Below, in pieces: positions 17,390-27,193 of a DNA stretch of 44,753 bases. The stretch comes from Solobacterium sp. (GTDB lineage Bacteria > Bacillota_I > Bacilli_A > Erysipelotrichales > Erysipelotrichaceae). Below the pieces are notes generated by a model. The model saw nothing but the letters and a program-made list of their open reading frames with translations. It was not told where the DNA came from and ran no database searches. The DNA is taken from positions 1 to 44,753 of the forward strand of contig JAFOLE010000066.1 of assembly GCA_017419465.1 (NCBI GenBank), written 5' to 3'. Numbering within the stretch: position 1 is the stretch's first letter; each line of letters starts with the position of its first letter. A program made the translations under genes and the position numbers.

Positions 17390-18088
17390 ATGACACTTAT
17401 TCTCACCATCTATGTTGCGGCTGCCGTTCTGCCGGCACTGTTTCTGATGGGTTACATCTACAAGCATGACCGGATTGAAAAAGAACCATTCCCACTGCTT
17501 ATGAAACTGGTGATCAGTGGTGTCTATTCTGCGTTCCTGGCAATCGTGCTGGAGCGCATCGGAACATCCCTGCTGGACAACGCAGGGTTTACCGACCGGA
17601 CGAAGTACATTATCTGGACGGCAATCATGGTCGGACTGTCCGAAGAGATTGCCAAGTTCATCTTCCTGTACATCCGTTCCTGGCACTCGCCGCATTTCAA
17701 TTACCGCTATGATGGTATTGTGTACGCCGTGTTTGTATCGCTTGGCTTTGCGGCGTTTGAGAATATCAAATACGTATTCTATTACGGCATCGGCGTTGCG
17801 CCGTCCCGTGCACTGCTTGCGGTGCCTGCCCATATGGCCTTCGGCGTCTTTATGGGATCCTTCTACGGATGGGCAAAGATTCATGATGTGTACGGTCATG
17901 AAGGAAAGGCAAAACTGCTGCTTCTGCTTGGCGTACTGTGTGCTGCCGCGTTCCATGCCTTCTATGATGCATGTGCAATGCTGGGAACGGATGAGGCTAT
18001 GATCGCGTTCATCGTCTTTGTGGTCATCATGTACTTTGTGGTCATCCGCAAGGTAAAGCGTGAATCACAAACGGATATGGAAATATAA
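17390..18088 (+). CDS. prsW: PrsW family intramembrane metalloprotease
   Basis: EKEP, EEIAK, GFAAFEN, PAH, FHAFYD; hydrophobic. Confidence 0.88.
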   Translation: MTLILTIYVAAAVLPALFLMGYIYKHDRIEKEPFPLLMKLVISGVYSAFLAIVLERIGTSLLDNAGFTDRTKYIIWTAIMVGLSEEIAKFIFLYIRSWHSPHFNYRYDGIVYAVFVSLGFAAFENIKYVFYYGIGVAPSRALLAVPAHMAFGVFMGSFYGWAKIHDVYGHEGKAKLLLLLGVLCAAAFHAFYDACAMLGTDEAMIAFIVFVVIMYFVVIRKVKRESQTDMEI

Positions 18089-18094
18089 CAGGTA

Positions 18095-18517
18095 ATGAAA
18101 AAGAAACGTGTAGTAATTATTGATGCGCAGGGAGGCGGACTCGGCAAACAGCTGATCAGCCGCCTGCGCAAAGAAAATATCAATGCCGAACTGATTGCGG
18201 TCGGCACAAATTCCGCCGCCAGTGCAGCGATGTTAAAAGCAGGGGCGGACCGGGCCGCGACCGGCGAAAATGCGGTGGTCGTCTGCGCCCGCACAGCGGA
18301 CTACATCATCGGTCCGGTGGGAATTGTCATTGCGGACTCCATGCTGGGAGAAATCACACCTGCCATCGCAAAAGCGGTCGGTCAGTCCGATGCGATGCGC
18401 ATTCTGATTCCCTTCAACAACTGCAGTAACTACATGGCAGGCACCGACGGGATCGCGACCGGCGATCTGATCAATGATGCGGCCTCTCATCTTGCACAGC
18501 TGCTGAGAAACGAATGA
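18095..18517 (+). CDS. DUF3842 family protein
   Basis: IDAQGGGLG, AVGTNSAASAAMLKAGA, ATGENA, ADSMLGEITP. Confidence 0.8.
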   Translation: MKKKRVVIIDAQGGGLGKQLISRLRKENINAELIAVGTNSAASAAMLKAGADRAATGENAVVVCARTADYIIGPVGIVIADSMLGEITPAIAKAVGQSDAMRILIPFNNCSNYMAGTDGIATGDLINDAASHLAQLLRNE

Positions 18518-18523
18518 TATCTG

Positions 18524-18549
18524 ACCCGGATCACATGGTCCGGGTTTTT
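18524..18549 (+). terminator. Rho-independent terminator
   Basis: ACCCGGATC-acat-GGTCCGGGT followed by TTTT. Confidence 0.8.
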
Positions 18550-18622
18550 GTGTGCGTGGATGAAAACCGTACATTCACGTATATTGTTTTGTAAGGGCAC
18601 ATAAGTGCGCAGGAGGATATTT

Positions 18623-19054
18623 ATGGAGAACAAAAAGGCTATGCTTGATGAACTTCTGGAATCAATCGGCGGCGGTGTTAACGGCCTAGCTAAGGATGTA
18701 GCTGAAAAACTCCCGCTCGCAAATAATGAAACGGAGCTGGCGGATGTGCTTGCGTCTGCCGGAATCCGGCTTGATGAAGAGAAGCTGGCAAAGGTAAAGA
18801 AGCTGTTTGAGCGGCCGGACAGAGCAGCTGCCGCTGCGGACGTAAAGGGTCTTGCGGACAATCTGCTTGAAAAAGTCGGCGGCGGCCTGGCGCTTGAAAA
18901 GGTTCTGCCGAAGGAAGCGCTGGCTGAACTGGCGCTGGCAAAGGACGAAGACGGTGTAAAAGGCATCCTCGCGAAGTTCGGCGCGGATCTGAATCCGGGC
19001 GACCTTGCGGAACTGAAGAAAAAGCTCGAGCTGCTCGGCAGCCAGAAACTGTAA
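18623..19054 (+). CDS. Hypothetical protein: internal duplication with two double-glycine leader motifs (Nif11-like)
   Basis: SD AGGAGG at 18611; LDELLESIGGG and ADNLLEKVGGG, each followed by a similar helical unit. Confidence 0.7.
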   Translation: MENKKAMLDELLESIGGGVNGLAKDVAEKLPLANNETELADVLASAGIRLDEEKLAKVKKLFERPDRAAAAADVKGLADNLLEKVGGGLALEKVLPKEALAELALAKDEDGVKGILAKFGADLNPGDLAELKKKLELLGSQKL

Positions 19055-19077
19055 GCGGCTGTATCTGATATGTGAAC

Positions 19078-19104
19078 AAAGGCATGCGGAGACGCATGCT
19101 TTTT
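19078..19104 (+). terminator. Rho-independent terminator
   Basis: AAAGGCATGCG-gaga-CGCATGCTTTT-T. Confidence 0.8.
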
Positions 19105-19116
19105 CCTGTATGGGGT

Positions 19117-19230
19117 TTGACCCGGTGCGGAAATGCCGTACAATAAGAACAGCGGCTGAAGTCGCAGAAGACCGTAAACCAGAAGGTATACGCAGAACAC
19201 TGAAGGTGTTCGTATACCTTTTTTCTGTTT
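19117..19230 (+). promoter_or_regulatory. Promoter and attenuator leader of the ECF S gene (motif copy A)
   Basis: TTGACC-16 bp-TACAAT; hairpin 19152-19165; alternative hairpin 19173-19192 overlapping terminator 19183-19224. Confidence 0.7.
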
Positions 19231-19245
19231 ATGGAGGATTTTTGA

Positions 19246-19764
19246 ATGAACAATATCAGAAAACTGACCCTGTCCGCACTGTTTCTTGCGATCGGACAGG
19301 TATTGCCGTTTATTACCGGTCAGATTCCGCAGATCGGCGCAATGCTGCTGCCGATGCATTTTCCGGTGTTTCTCTGCGCCTTTTTCTGCGGTCCGCAGTA
19401 TGCGGCACTGATTGGATTTATCTGTCCGCTGCTCCGTGGAATTCTGTTCGGCATGCCGGTACTGTTTCCCAACGGAACAGCGATGGCATTTGAACTGATG
19501 ACCTATGGATTTGTGACAGGGGCTGTGTATGCACGCTTCAGGGAGAAGTCGCTTGCGGCAGTGCTGATTTCGCTGATCGCCGGCATGCTGGCAGGAAGAA
19601 TCGTATGGGGAATTGCACAGATCATCCTGCTTGGAATACGCGGAAACGGATTTACCGTCCAGATGTTCCTTGCCGGCGCCTTTGTCAACGCTGTGCCGGG
19701 AATCATTGCGCAGCTGATCCTGATTCCGCTGATCGTACGCCTGCTTTCCAGACGGGCAGGATAA
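19246..19764 (+). CDS. ECF transporter S-component, substrate unknown
   Basis: ALFLAIGQVLP, LLPMHFPV, GPQYAALIG, GMP; about 6 TM segments, 172 aa. Confidence 0.85.
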   Translation: MNNIRKLTLSALFLAIGQVLPFITGQIPQIGAMLLPMHFPVFLCAFFCGPQYAALIGFICPLLRGILFGMPVLFPNGTAMAFELMTYGFVTGAVYARFREKSLAAVLISLIAGMLAGRIVWGIAQIILLGIRGNGFTVQMFLAGAFVNAVPGIIAQLILIPLIVRLLSRRAG

Positions 19765-19786
19765 TCACTCCTGCCTGCAGGGATTC

Positions 19787-19930
19787 TGCTATAATTATTT
19801 CATCAGGCAGGAAGCCGGATGATGTACGCTGAAGCGTGCAGGTGATAATCAGAACGTTTAATATTTTTCAGTTACGTATGCCAGAAGGTATGCATTGACC
19901 GCAGAAGCAGTCAGCGCATACCTTTCTTAA
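19787..19930 (+). promoter_or_regulatory. Extended -10 promoter and attenuator leader (motif copy B)
   Basis: TGcTATAAT 19787-19795; hairpins 19801-19821 and 19823-19840; alternative hairpin 19876-19893 overlapping terminator 19883-19928. Confidence 0.65.
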
Positions 19931-19951
19931 TAATTAGAGGAGGATAATAAA

Positions 19952-20317
19952 ATGGCATGTTTTGTAGTACCTGCTGCGGAGGCAGTAATCGTAAAGGCGA
20001 TTGAAAAGACGGTTGTCAAAGATACTTCTGACAGGAGTCAGGGCATCTCAATGAGCCGCAAGCTTAAATGGCTCTCCGGTCTTCTGATCGGCGGCGCTGT
20101 GCTGCTGATGTTCGAACATGTATGGCATGGAGAAGTTGTTCCCTGGTTCCCGTTCCTGACCGCAATGTATAATCCGGCAGACAAGGCGGCGATGCTGCAG
20201 GAAATGGCAACGGTCGGTACGGCAATGGCAGTGCTGATCACTGCTGTCTGGGGTGTCATGTGCCTTGCGGCTGATGCGATTGTAAAACGAGCACCGGAAA
20301 AGGCGGAAGCGAAATAA
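19952..20317 (+). CDS. Conserved hypothetical small membrane protein
   Basis: SD AGAGGAGG; hydrophobic segments; FEHVWHGEVVPWFPFL. Confidence 0.75.
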   Translation: MACFVVPAAEAVIVKAIEKTVVKDTSDRSQGISMSRKLKWLSGLLIGGAVLLMFEHVWHGEVVPWFPFLTAMYNPADKAAMLQEMATVGTAMAVLITAVWGVMCLAADAIVKRAPEKAEAK

Positions 20318-20628
20318 TGACTCTGCTTATTACCGTATTTGCGGCAGTGATTACAACCGTCATCTGGTACAACAGAAAAGATGACAGTATGAAGCTGGGA
20401 ATGCTGATGTTCATGTTCTGGGGCGCATCCCTGATGTGGCTTGTGGACGCAGTCTTTGAATATGCGGAGCTCAAAGCTGCATATTTTACGCCGGCTATTG
20501 AAGATATGGTAAATGATGCGTTCCTTGGCCTCAGTGTGATTGCACTTGCCCTGGTTATCTGGGTTGTCCGTCTGCTGATAACAGACCCAAAGGGAACAGT
20601 GAAAACAGCATTACTGAAACATAATTGA
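20317..20628 (+). CDS. Conserved hypothetical small membrane protein, coupled to the preceding gene
   Basis: TAATG stop/start overlap; three hydrophobic segments. Confidence 0.75.
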   Translation: MTLLITVFAAVITTVIWYNRKDDSMKLGMLMFMFWGASLMWLVDAVFEYAELKAAYFTPAIEDMVNDAFLGLSVIALALVIWVVRLLITDPKGTVKTALLKHN

Positions 20629-20639
20629 AAACGCTTTAC

Positions 20640-20685
20640 TTTTTTCTGAAAATTTCTTGACGTTTTTTCCCTGTTCAAGTAGTAT
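20640..20685 (+). promoter_or_regulatory. leu operon promoter with an adjacent CodY-like box
   Basis: TTTTTTCTGAAAATT (20640-20654) is a 13/15 match to AATTTTCWGAAAATT; promoter TTGACG-17 bp-TAGTAT. Confidence 0.65.
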
Positions 20686-20696
20686 TTACCCAATAG

Positions 20697-20980
20697 CAAA
20701 TGCAATGACGGGGAAAAATACGGCAAGCGTGCTGGCAGAGAGCTGTCGTCAGGTGAAAGACAGCAGACGCGATCCGGAATAACTCACCCCCAAGCAGCAA
20801 GGCTGAACAACGCAGTAAGCCGAGCCGGAATGACCTACGTTAACAGGGACACGATTCGCAGAATATCTGCTGATCGGCTGAGGGGCCGCAATGATCTGCG
20901 GCAACGAGAGTGGTACCGCGGTACGCTGAATTTACAGCTTCCGTCTCTCATGGACATCTCCTGAGAGACGGAAGTTTTTC
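20697..20980 (+). ncRNA. T-box riboswitch, Leu specifier (CUC)
   Basis: AGAGAGC...GGTGAAAG stem I apex, specifier CTC 20783-20785, T-box AACGAGAGTGGTACCGCG, terminator CTTCCGTCTCTCA...TGAGAGACGGAAG-TTTTT. Confidence 0.92.
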
Positions 20981-21024
20981 GTTTCCCGGGAATTACGAAC
21001 ACAATTACAGGAGAAAGACAGAAT

Positions 21025-22701
21025 ATGATGAATGCAGCGAAGTATGCACCGGGATACTTTCCCGCTCCCGCCGGAAATGACGACTGGGTAAAAAAGGATC
21101 ACATTGAAAAAGCACCGAAGTGGTGCAGCGTGGATCTGCGTGACGGAAACCAGGCGCTGATTATCCCGATGAGCCTCGAAGAGAAGATGGAATTCTATGA
21201 GATGCTGCTGAAGATCGGATTCAAGGAGATCGAAGTAGGATTCCCGGCAGCCAGTGAAACAGAATATGAATTCCTGCGCAAGCTGATTGATGAAAAGCGG
21301 ATTCCGGAAGATGTGACCGTTCAGGTTCTCACGCAGTGCAGAGACCATATCATCCGCAAGACCTTTGAGGCGGTAAAGGGCGCACCTGCGGCGGTGATTC
21401 ACTTCTATAACTCCACCAGCGTTGCCCAGCGTGAACAGGTGTTCAAAAAGAGCAAGGAAGAAATCAAGCAGATTGCTGTTGACGGCGCAAAGCTCGTCAA
21501 ACAGCTGTCGGAAGAATATGAAGGCAATTTCCGCTTCCAGTATTCACCGGAGAGCTTTACCGGAACCGAACCGGAATATGCACTGGAAGTATGCAATGCC
21601 GTACTGGATGTGATGCAGCCGACACCGGACAAGCCGATGATCATCAATCTGCCGTCCACCGTGCAGATGTCCATGCCGCATGTCTATGCATCGCAGATCG
21701 AGTATTTCTCCAAGAATCTGAAATACCGTGATTCCGTTGTTCTCTCGCTCCATCCGCACAATGACCGCGGAACCGGCGTGGCGGATGCGGAGCTCGGCGT
21801 GCTGGCCGGCGCAGACCGCATTGAATGCTGCCTGTTCGGAAACGGCGAACGCACCGGAAATGTCGATGCGGTAACACTCGCAATGAACATGTACAGCCAC
21901 GGCGTTGACCCGCATCTCGATTTCTCCAACATGCCGGAAATCGTTGAAGTGTTTGAACGTGTTACACGCATGCAGGTGCATCAGAGAAGCCCGTACGGCG
22001 GAGAACTCGTATTTGCGGCCTTCTCCGGAAGCCACCAGGATGCGATTGCCAAGGGAATGGCATATCGTGCCGAGCGCGGTGATGAGCGCTGGACCGTTCC
22101 GTATATCGTTATCGACCCGCATGATATCGGCCGTACCTATGATGCGGATATCATCCGTATCAACAGCCAGAGCGGAAAAGGCGGTGTCGGTTATGTGCTC
22201 GAACAGAAATACAGCATCGTTCTCCCGCCGAAGATGCGCGAAGAACTCGGCTATGCGGTCAAGGATGTCTCTGATGTCAGCCACCGCGAGCTGAAGCCGG
22301 AAGAAGTCTATGAAGTCTTCCGAAACAAATATCTCAATCTCACCGCTCCTCTGAACATTCTCAGCACGCATTTCATTCAGGAAGAAAATGATCAGATTGC
22401 CGCAACCGCAAAGCTCTTCCTCAATGGCGAGGAGCGCCGCGTATCGGCAGAAGGCAACGGACGTCTTGACGCTGTCGCAAGTGCAATTGCCGACTTTACC
22501 GGAAAACAGTTCGTACTGGAAACCTATACCGAGCATGCGCTCGACAACAAATCTTCCGCTATGGCCGCCTGCTATGTCGGTCTTCGCTGGAAGAACGGCA
22601 CCGCATCATGGGGTGCAGGATTTGACACCGACATCATCCGTGCCGGCATCAAGGCACTTGTCTCCGCATTCAATAACGGCTATGTGAAGGAGGAAGCGTA
22701 A
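21025..22701 (+). CDS. leuA: 2-isopropylmalate synthase
   Basis: [48 protein letters not shown]. Confidence 0.95.
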   Translation: MMNAAKYAPGYFPAPAGNDDWVKKDHIEKAPKWCSVDLRDGNQALIIPMSLEEKMEFYEMLLKIGFKEIEVGFPAASETEYEFLRKLIDEKRIPEDVTVQVLTQCRDHIIRKTFEAVKGAPAAVIHFYNSTSVAQREQVFKKSKEEIKQIAVDGAKLVKQLSEEYEGNFRFQYSPESFTGTEPEYALEVCNAVLDVMQPTPDKPMIINLPSTVQMSMPHVYASQIEYFSKNLKYRDSVVLSLHPHNDRGTGVADAELGVLAGADRIECCLFGNGERTGNVDAVTLAMNMYSHGVDPHLDFSNMPEIVEVFERVTRMQVHQRSPYGGELVFAAFSGSHQDAIAKGMAYRAERGDERWTVPYIVIDPHDIGRTYDADIIRINSQSGKGGVGYVLEQKYSIVLPPKMREELGYAVKDVSDVSHRELKPEEVYEVFRNKYLNLTAPLNILSTHFIQEENDQIAATAKLFLNGEERRVSAEGNGRLDAVASAIADFTGKQFVLETYTEHALDNKSSAMAACYVGLRWKNGTASWGAGFDTDIIRAGIKALVSAFNNGYVKEEA

Positions 22702-22703
22702 TC

Positions 22704-23975
22704 ATGGGAATGACAATGACGCAGAAGATCCTCGCTGCTCACGCGGGTCTTCCGGAAGTGACTGCCGGACAGCTGATCAACGCAAAGCTTGATCTTGTCC
22801 ACGGCAATGACATCACAACACCGGTCGCAATCAATGAATTTGAAAAAGCCGGTTTCACCGAAGTCTTCGATAAGGAAAAAGTTTCCATCGTCCTCGATCA
22901 CTTCGTGCCGAACAAGGATATCAAAAGCGCAACCCAGTCCAAGCAGTGCAGACTGTTTGCCGGTGCGCAGGGCGTCACGCATTTCTATGATGTCGGCACA
23001 ATGGGCATTGAACATGCATTACTCCCGGAAAAGGGAATTGTCGGAGCCGGTGACTGTGTGATCGGCGCAGACAGCCACACCTGTACCTATGGTGCGCTCG
23101 GCGCATTCTCAACCGGTGTCGGATCAACCGATATGGCGGCCGGTATGGCAAGCGGCTATGCATGGTTCAAGGTTCCTTCCGCAATCAAGGTCGTACTGAC
23201 CGGCAAGCTGAATGAACGTGTTTCCGGCAAGGATGTCATTCTTGATCTGATCGGCAGAATCGGCGTCGACGGAGCACTGTACAAGAGTCTTGAGTTTGTC
23301 GGCGAAGGCGTAAAGGAACTGTCGATGGATGACCGTTTCTGCATCTGCAATATGGCAATCGAAGCCGGCGCAAAGAACGGTATCTTCCCGGTTGATGAAA
23401 AGACCGTTGCCTACATGGATGGAAGAACCGAGCGTCCGTATACCGTTTATGAAGCGGATGAAGACGCTGTCTATGATGAGACCATTGAAATCAATCTCTC
23501 TGAACTGGTTCCGACCGTGTCCTGGCCGCATCTGCCGGAGAATACCCATCCGGCCTCCGAAGGATCGGACATCAAGATCGACCAGATTGTGATTGGAAGC
23601 TGCACCAACGGCCGTATTGAGGATATGGCAGCCGCATACGAAATTCTGAACGGAAAGAAGATTGCGCCGTGGGTGCGCGGCATCATCATCCCGGCTACCA
23701 TGGAAGTCTTCAAGGAATGCATCAAGCGCGGCTATGCGACTGCGTTTATCGATGCCGGCTGTATTATTTCCACGCCGACCTGCGGACCGTGCCTTGGCGG
23801 ATATATGGGAATCCTCGCTGAGGGAGAACGCTGTGTCTCCACAACCAACCGCAACTTCGTCGGACGTATGGGCCATGTAAAGAGCGAAGTCTATCTGGCA
23901 AGCCCGGCAACTGCCGCCGCAAGCGCACTGACCGGCTATATCACCGATCCGCGCACGATCGGAAAGGAGAACTGA
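22704..23975 (+). CDS. leuC: 3-isopropylmalate dehydratase large subunit
   Basis: [38 protein letters not shown]. Confidence 0.95.
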   Translation: MGMTMTQKILAAHAGLPEVTAGQLINAKLDLVHGNDITTPVAINEFEKAGFTEVFDKEKVSIVLDHFVPNKDIKSATQSKQCRLFAGAQGVTHFYDVGTMGIEHALLPEKGIVGAGDCVIGADSHTCTYGALGAFSTGVGSTDMAAGMASGYAWFKVPSAIKVVLTGKLNERVSGKDVILDLIGRIGVDGALYKSLEFVGEGVKELSMDDRFCICNMAIEAGAKNGIFPVDEKTVAYMDGRTERPYTVYEADEDAVYDETIEINLSELVPTVSWPHLPENTHPASEGSDIKIDQIVIGSCTNGRIEDMAAAYEILNGKKIAPWVRGIIIPATMEVFKECIKRGYATAFIDAGCIISTPTCGPCLGGYMGILAEGERCVSTTNRNFVGRMGHVKSEVYLASPATAAASALTGYITDPRTIGKEN

Positions 23976-23976
23976 G

Positions 23977-24465
23977 ATGCAGGCAAAGGGAACAGTATTC
24001 AAATACGGAGACAACGTTGATACCGACGTTATCATTCCGGCACGTTATCTCAATACCCAGGACGCAAAGGAACTGGCAATGCATACGATGGAAGACATCG
24101 ATGCGGATTACGTAAAGAAGGTAAAACCCGGTGACATCATGGTCGGCGGATGGAACTTCGGATGCGGCTCCAGCCGTGAACATGCCCCGCTGGTCATCAA
24201 GACAAGCGGCGCTTCGGTTGTCATTGCCAAGAGCTTTGCGCGCATCTTCTACCGCAATGCCATCAATATCGGTCTTCCGATCATGGAATGCGAAGAAGCC
24301 GCAGATGCCATTCAGGCAGGGGACACCGTTTCCGTAAACTTTGACACCGGCACAATTACCGATGAAACCACCGGTCAGACCTTCCAGGCTGAACCGTTTC
24401 CGGAATTCATTCAGAACATGATCAAAGCCGGCGGACTCATGAATTCGATCAGGGAGAAGCAGTAA
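23977..24465 (+). CDS. leuD: 3-isopropylmalate dehydratase small subunit
   Basis: [35 protein letters not shown]. Confidence 0.95.
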   Translation: MQAKGTVFKYGDNVDTDVIIPARYLNTQDAKELAMHTMEDIDADYVKKVKPGDIMVGGWNFGCGSSREHAPLVIKTSGASVVIAKSFARIFYRNAINIGLPIMECEEAADAIQAGDTVSVNFDTGTITDETTGQTFQAEPFPEFIQNMIKAGGLMNSIREKQ

Positions 24466-25535
24466 TGGAAAAGAACATTGCGGTAATCCGCGGAGATCAT
24501 TCCTCCCGTGAATTTGTAAGAGAAACCCTGCGTGTCATCGACAGGATCGCAGAGAAGTTCGGTCATACCTTCCATTACATTGATGTTGCGATGGGCGGCG
24601 ATGCGATCGATCAGTTCGGCGAACCGCTCCCTGCATCGGAACTGCAGAAGTGCCTGGACAGTGACTCCGTGCTGCTTGGCTCGGTCGGCGGTCCGGAATG
24701 GGACGGCCTGCCCGGCGACAAGCGTCCGGAAAAGGGACTGCTTGCCCTGCGTGCAGGAATGGGCCTGTATTCCAATGTGCGACCGGCAACCATCTGGCCG
24801 CAGCTTGCGCCGGCAAGTCCCCTGCGCGCGGACATCGCCGCAAACGGCATTGATTTTGTGATTATCCGCGAGCTGACCGGCGGCATATACTTCGGTGAAC
24901 ATAAAACCGAATACAACGGCACCGAAGAAGTCGCGACCGACAACATGATCTATTCCGCACATGAAATTGAACGGATCGGACGCATCGGCTTTGAGACTGC
25001 CCGCAAGCGCCGGAAGAAGCTGACGAGCGTGGACAAGGCAAACGTGCTGGATACCTCGCGTCTCTGGCGGAAGATCATGCATCAGCTGAAGGAAGAATAT
25101 CCCGATGTGGAATATGAAGACATGCTGGTGGACAACTGCGCAATGCAGATTGTGAAGAACCCGGCGCAGTTTGACGTCATTGTCACAGAAAACATGTTCG
25201 GCGACATCCTGTCGGATGAAGCCAGCATGATCACGGGGTCGATCGGTATGATTCCGTCGTCCTCCCTCGGCGCAACTTCCGTCGGTGTCTATGAACCGAT
25301 TCACGGAAGTGCTCCGGACATTGCCGGAAAGAACATCGTCAATCCGATGGCCTGCATTCTGAGTGCGGCCATGATGTTCCGATACAGTTTCGATATGCCG
25401 GAAGAGGCAGACACAATTGAAAAAGCAGTCGGTGCAGTACTCGACAAAGGGTACCGGACTGCGGATAATCAAAGCGAAGGATGTACCGTTCTCGGTACAA
25501 TAGAAATAACCGATAAGATCCTGGAGGAAATCTGA
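24465..25535 (+). CDS. leuB: 3-isopropylmalate dehydrogenase
   Basis: [47 protein letters not shown]. Confidence 0.93.
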   Translation: MEKNIAVIRGDHSSREFVRETLRVIDRIAEKFGHTFHYIDVAMGGDAIDQFGEPLPASELQKCLDSDSVLLGSVGGPEWDGLPGDKRPEKGLLALRAGMGLYSNVRPATIWPQLAPASPLRADIAANGIDFVIIRELTGGIYFGEHKTEYNGTEEVATDNMIYSAHEIERIGRIGFETARKRRKKLTSVDKANVLDTSRLWRKIMHQLKEEYPDVEYEDMLVDNCAMQIVKNPAQFDVIVTENMFGDILSDEASMITGSIGMIPSSSLGATSVGVYEPIHGSAPDIAGKNIVNPMACILSAAMMFRYSFDMPEEADTIEKAVGAVLDKGYRTADNQSEGCTVLGTIEITDKILEEI

Positions 25536-25561
25536 TCTGTCGGAGACAGGAGGGAATGCTT

Positions 25562-27193
25562 ATGAACGGTGCTGATGCGGCTGCGAAATGCCTGGAGCTT
25601 GCCGGAGTCACTACAGTCTACGGATACCCCGGCGTTGCGATCTGCCCGGTATTTGACAGCCTGCTGAATACGGATATTCATACCGTCCTTGTACGCTCGG
25701 AAGCCAACGCGGCGCATGCGGCATCCGGCGAGGCACGTATTTCCGGAAAACCCGGTGTATGTATCTGTACCAGCGGTCCCGGCGCAACCAATCTGATTAC
25801 CGGTATTGCGACGGCATACATGGACAGTATTCCGATGGTATGCATTACCGGCCAGGTCAACAGTGATCTGATCGGCGGTGATGTATTCCAGGAGGCGGAT
25901 ATTACCGGTGCGGCAGAAAGCTTTGTAAAGTACAGCTATCTCGTCCGGAAGGCCTCGGATATTCCGCGTATTTTCAAGGAGGCATTTCATATTGCCTCAA
26001 CCGGACGCAGAGGACCGGTGCTGATCGACATTCCGTTTGATATCCAGAATCAGGAAGTGCGGAAATTCGACTGGCCGGAGGAAGTGAATCTGCGTACCTA
26101 TAAACCGACATTTTACGGAAATCCGATGCAGATCCGCAAAGTTGTGACAGCTCTGGAAAACTGTGAGCGTCCGATTCTCTATACCGGCGGCGGTGTGCAC
26201 CTCTGCCAGGCACGGGAACTGGTCCGCGCATTCAGTGAGAAGTTCAATATTCCGGTTGTCTCAACGATGATGGGAATCGGCGCAATGCCCTCCAAGCATC
26301 CGCTGTATATGGGCATGGCCGGGAATAACGGCAATCTTGCGGCGAACAAGGCAATCAATGAATCCGATACCGTGATTCTTGTCGGTGCGCGCATTGCGGA
26401 CCGGGCGGTAAACAACCCGGGAAAGATGATGGCGAACAAGACGCTGATTCACATTGACGTGGACCCGGCGGAAATCGGCAAGAATGCACACTGCGATCTT
26501 CCGATCGTCGGTGATGCGAAGGCAATCTTCGAGGTAATGCTGAAAGAGGAAATCAACATGCCAGATCTCAGCGGCTGGGTTTCCGAACTGCAGACCTACC
26601 GCAAGAAGAAGAGCCGCCGTGTGACACCGGAGCGGTTTACGGATCCGGCATACTTCGTGCAGAAACTGTCTTCCGCGATGGATGATGATGCAGTGTATGT
26701 TGCGGATGTCGGTCAGAACCAGATCTGGAGCTGCGCAAACGTCATCATGCGGGAAGGGCGGTTCCTGACCAGCGGCGGTATGGGCACGATGGGTTATTCT
26801 CTGCCTGCCGCAATCGGTGCCAAGATGGCAAACCGTGATACGCAGGTCGTATCGGTCAGCGGCGATGGCGGTTTCCAGATGGCGATGATGGAACTTGCGA
26901 CGATGAATCAGGAGAATCTCGATCTCAAGATCGTCGTTCTGAACAACTCCACGCTCGGCATGGTTAGGGAAGCGCAGAAGTTCTCATTCGGAGAACGTTA
27001 TACGATGGTAGACCTCAACGGCGGACCGGATTATGAACAGCTGGCAAAGGCATACCGTCTGAAATACCTGAAGATTGAAAACAATGACGAAGTCGACAGC
27101 ACCGTAAAGAAATTCCTGAAAACAAAGGGAAGTGTTCTGCTTGAAGTAATCGTCGATGAGGACGGCATTGTCAGAAAGGGGGACCGGAAATGA
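25562..27193 (+). CDS. ilvB: Acetolactate synthase large subunit (copy 1)
   Basis: GYPG, TSGPGATN, FQEAD, GPVLID, GDGGFQM...NN TPP motif; start 25556 or 25562. Confidence 0.9.
   Translation: MNGADAAAKCLELAGVTTVYGYPGVAICPVFDSLLNTDIHTVLVRSEANAAHAASGEARISGKPGVCICTSGPGATNLITGIATAYMDSIPMVCITGQVNSDLIGGDVFQEADITGAAESFVKYSYLVRKASDIPRIFKEAFHIASTGRRGPVLIDIPFDIQNQEVRKFDWPEEVNLRTYKPTFYGNPMQIRKVVTALENCERPILYTGGGVHLCQARELVRAFSEKFNIPVVSTMMGIGAMPSKHPLYMGMAGNNGNLAANKAINESDTVILVGARIADRAVNNPGKMMANKTLIHIDVDPAEIGKNAHCDLPIVGDAKAIFEVMLKEEINMPDLSGWVSELQTYRKKKSRRVTPERFTDPAYFVQKLSSAMDDDAVYVADVGQNQIWSCANVIMREGRFLTSGGMGTMGYSLPAAIGAKMANRDTQVVSVSGDGGFQMAMMELATMNQENLDLKIVVLNNSTLGMVREAQKFSFGERYTMVDLNGGPDYEQLAKAYRLKYLKIENNDEVDSTVKKFLKTKGSVLLEVIVDEDGIVRKGDRK

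Noticed and set aside
19110-19493. 127-aa ORF spanning the ECF leader
   Set aside because: It overlaps the promoter, the attenuator and the ECF gene out of frame, and has no SD.
19801-19930. NiCo, FMN, TPP or PyrR element as the identity of the leader
   Set aside because: It has CAGGC and GCCGG words but no four-way junction, no FMN or TPP core sequences, and CCAGAAGG differs from the PyrR loop consensus. A formal Rfam scan is still needed.
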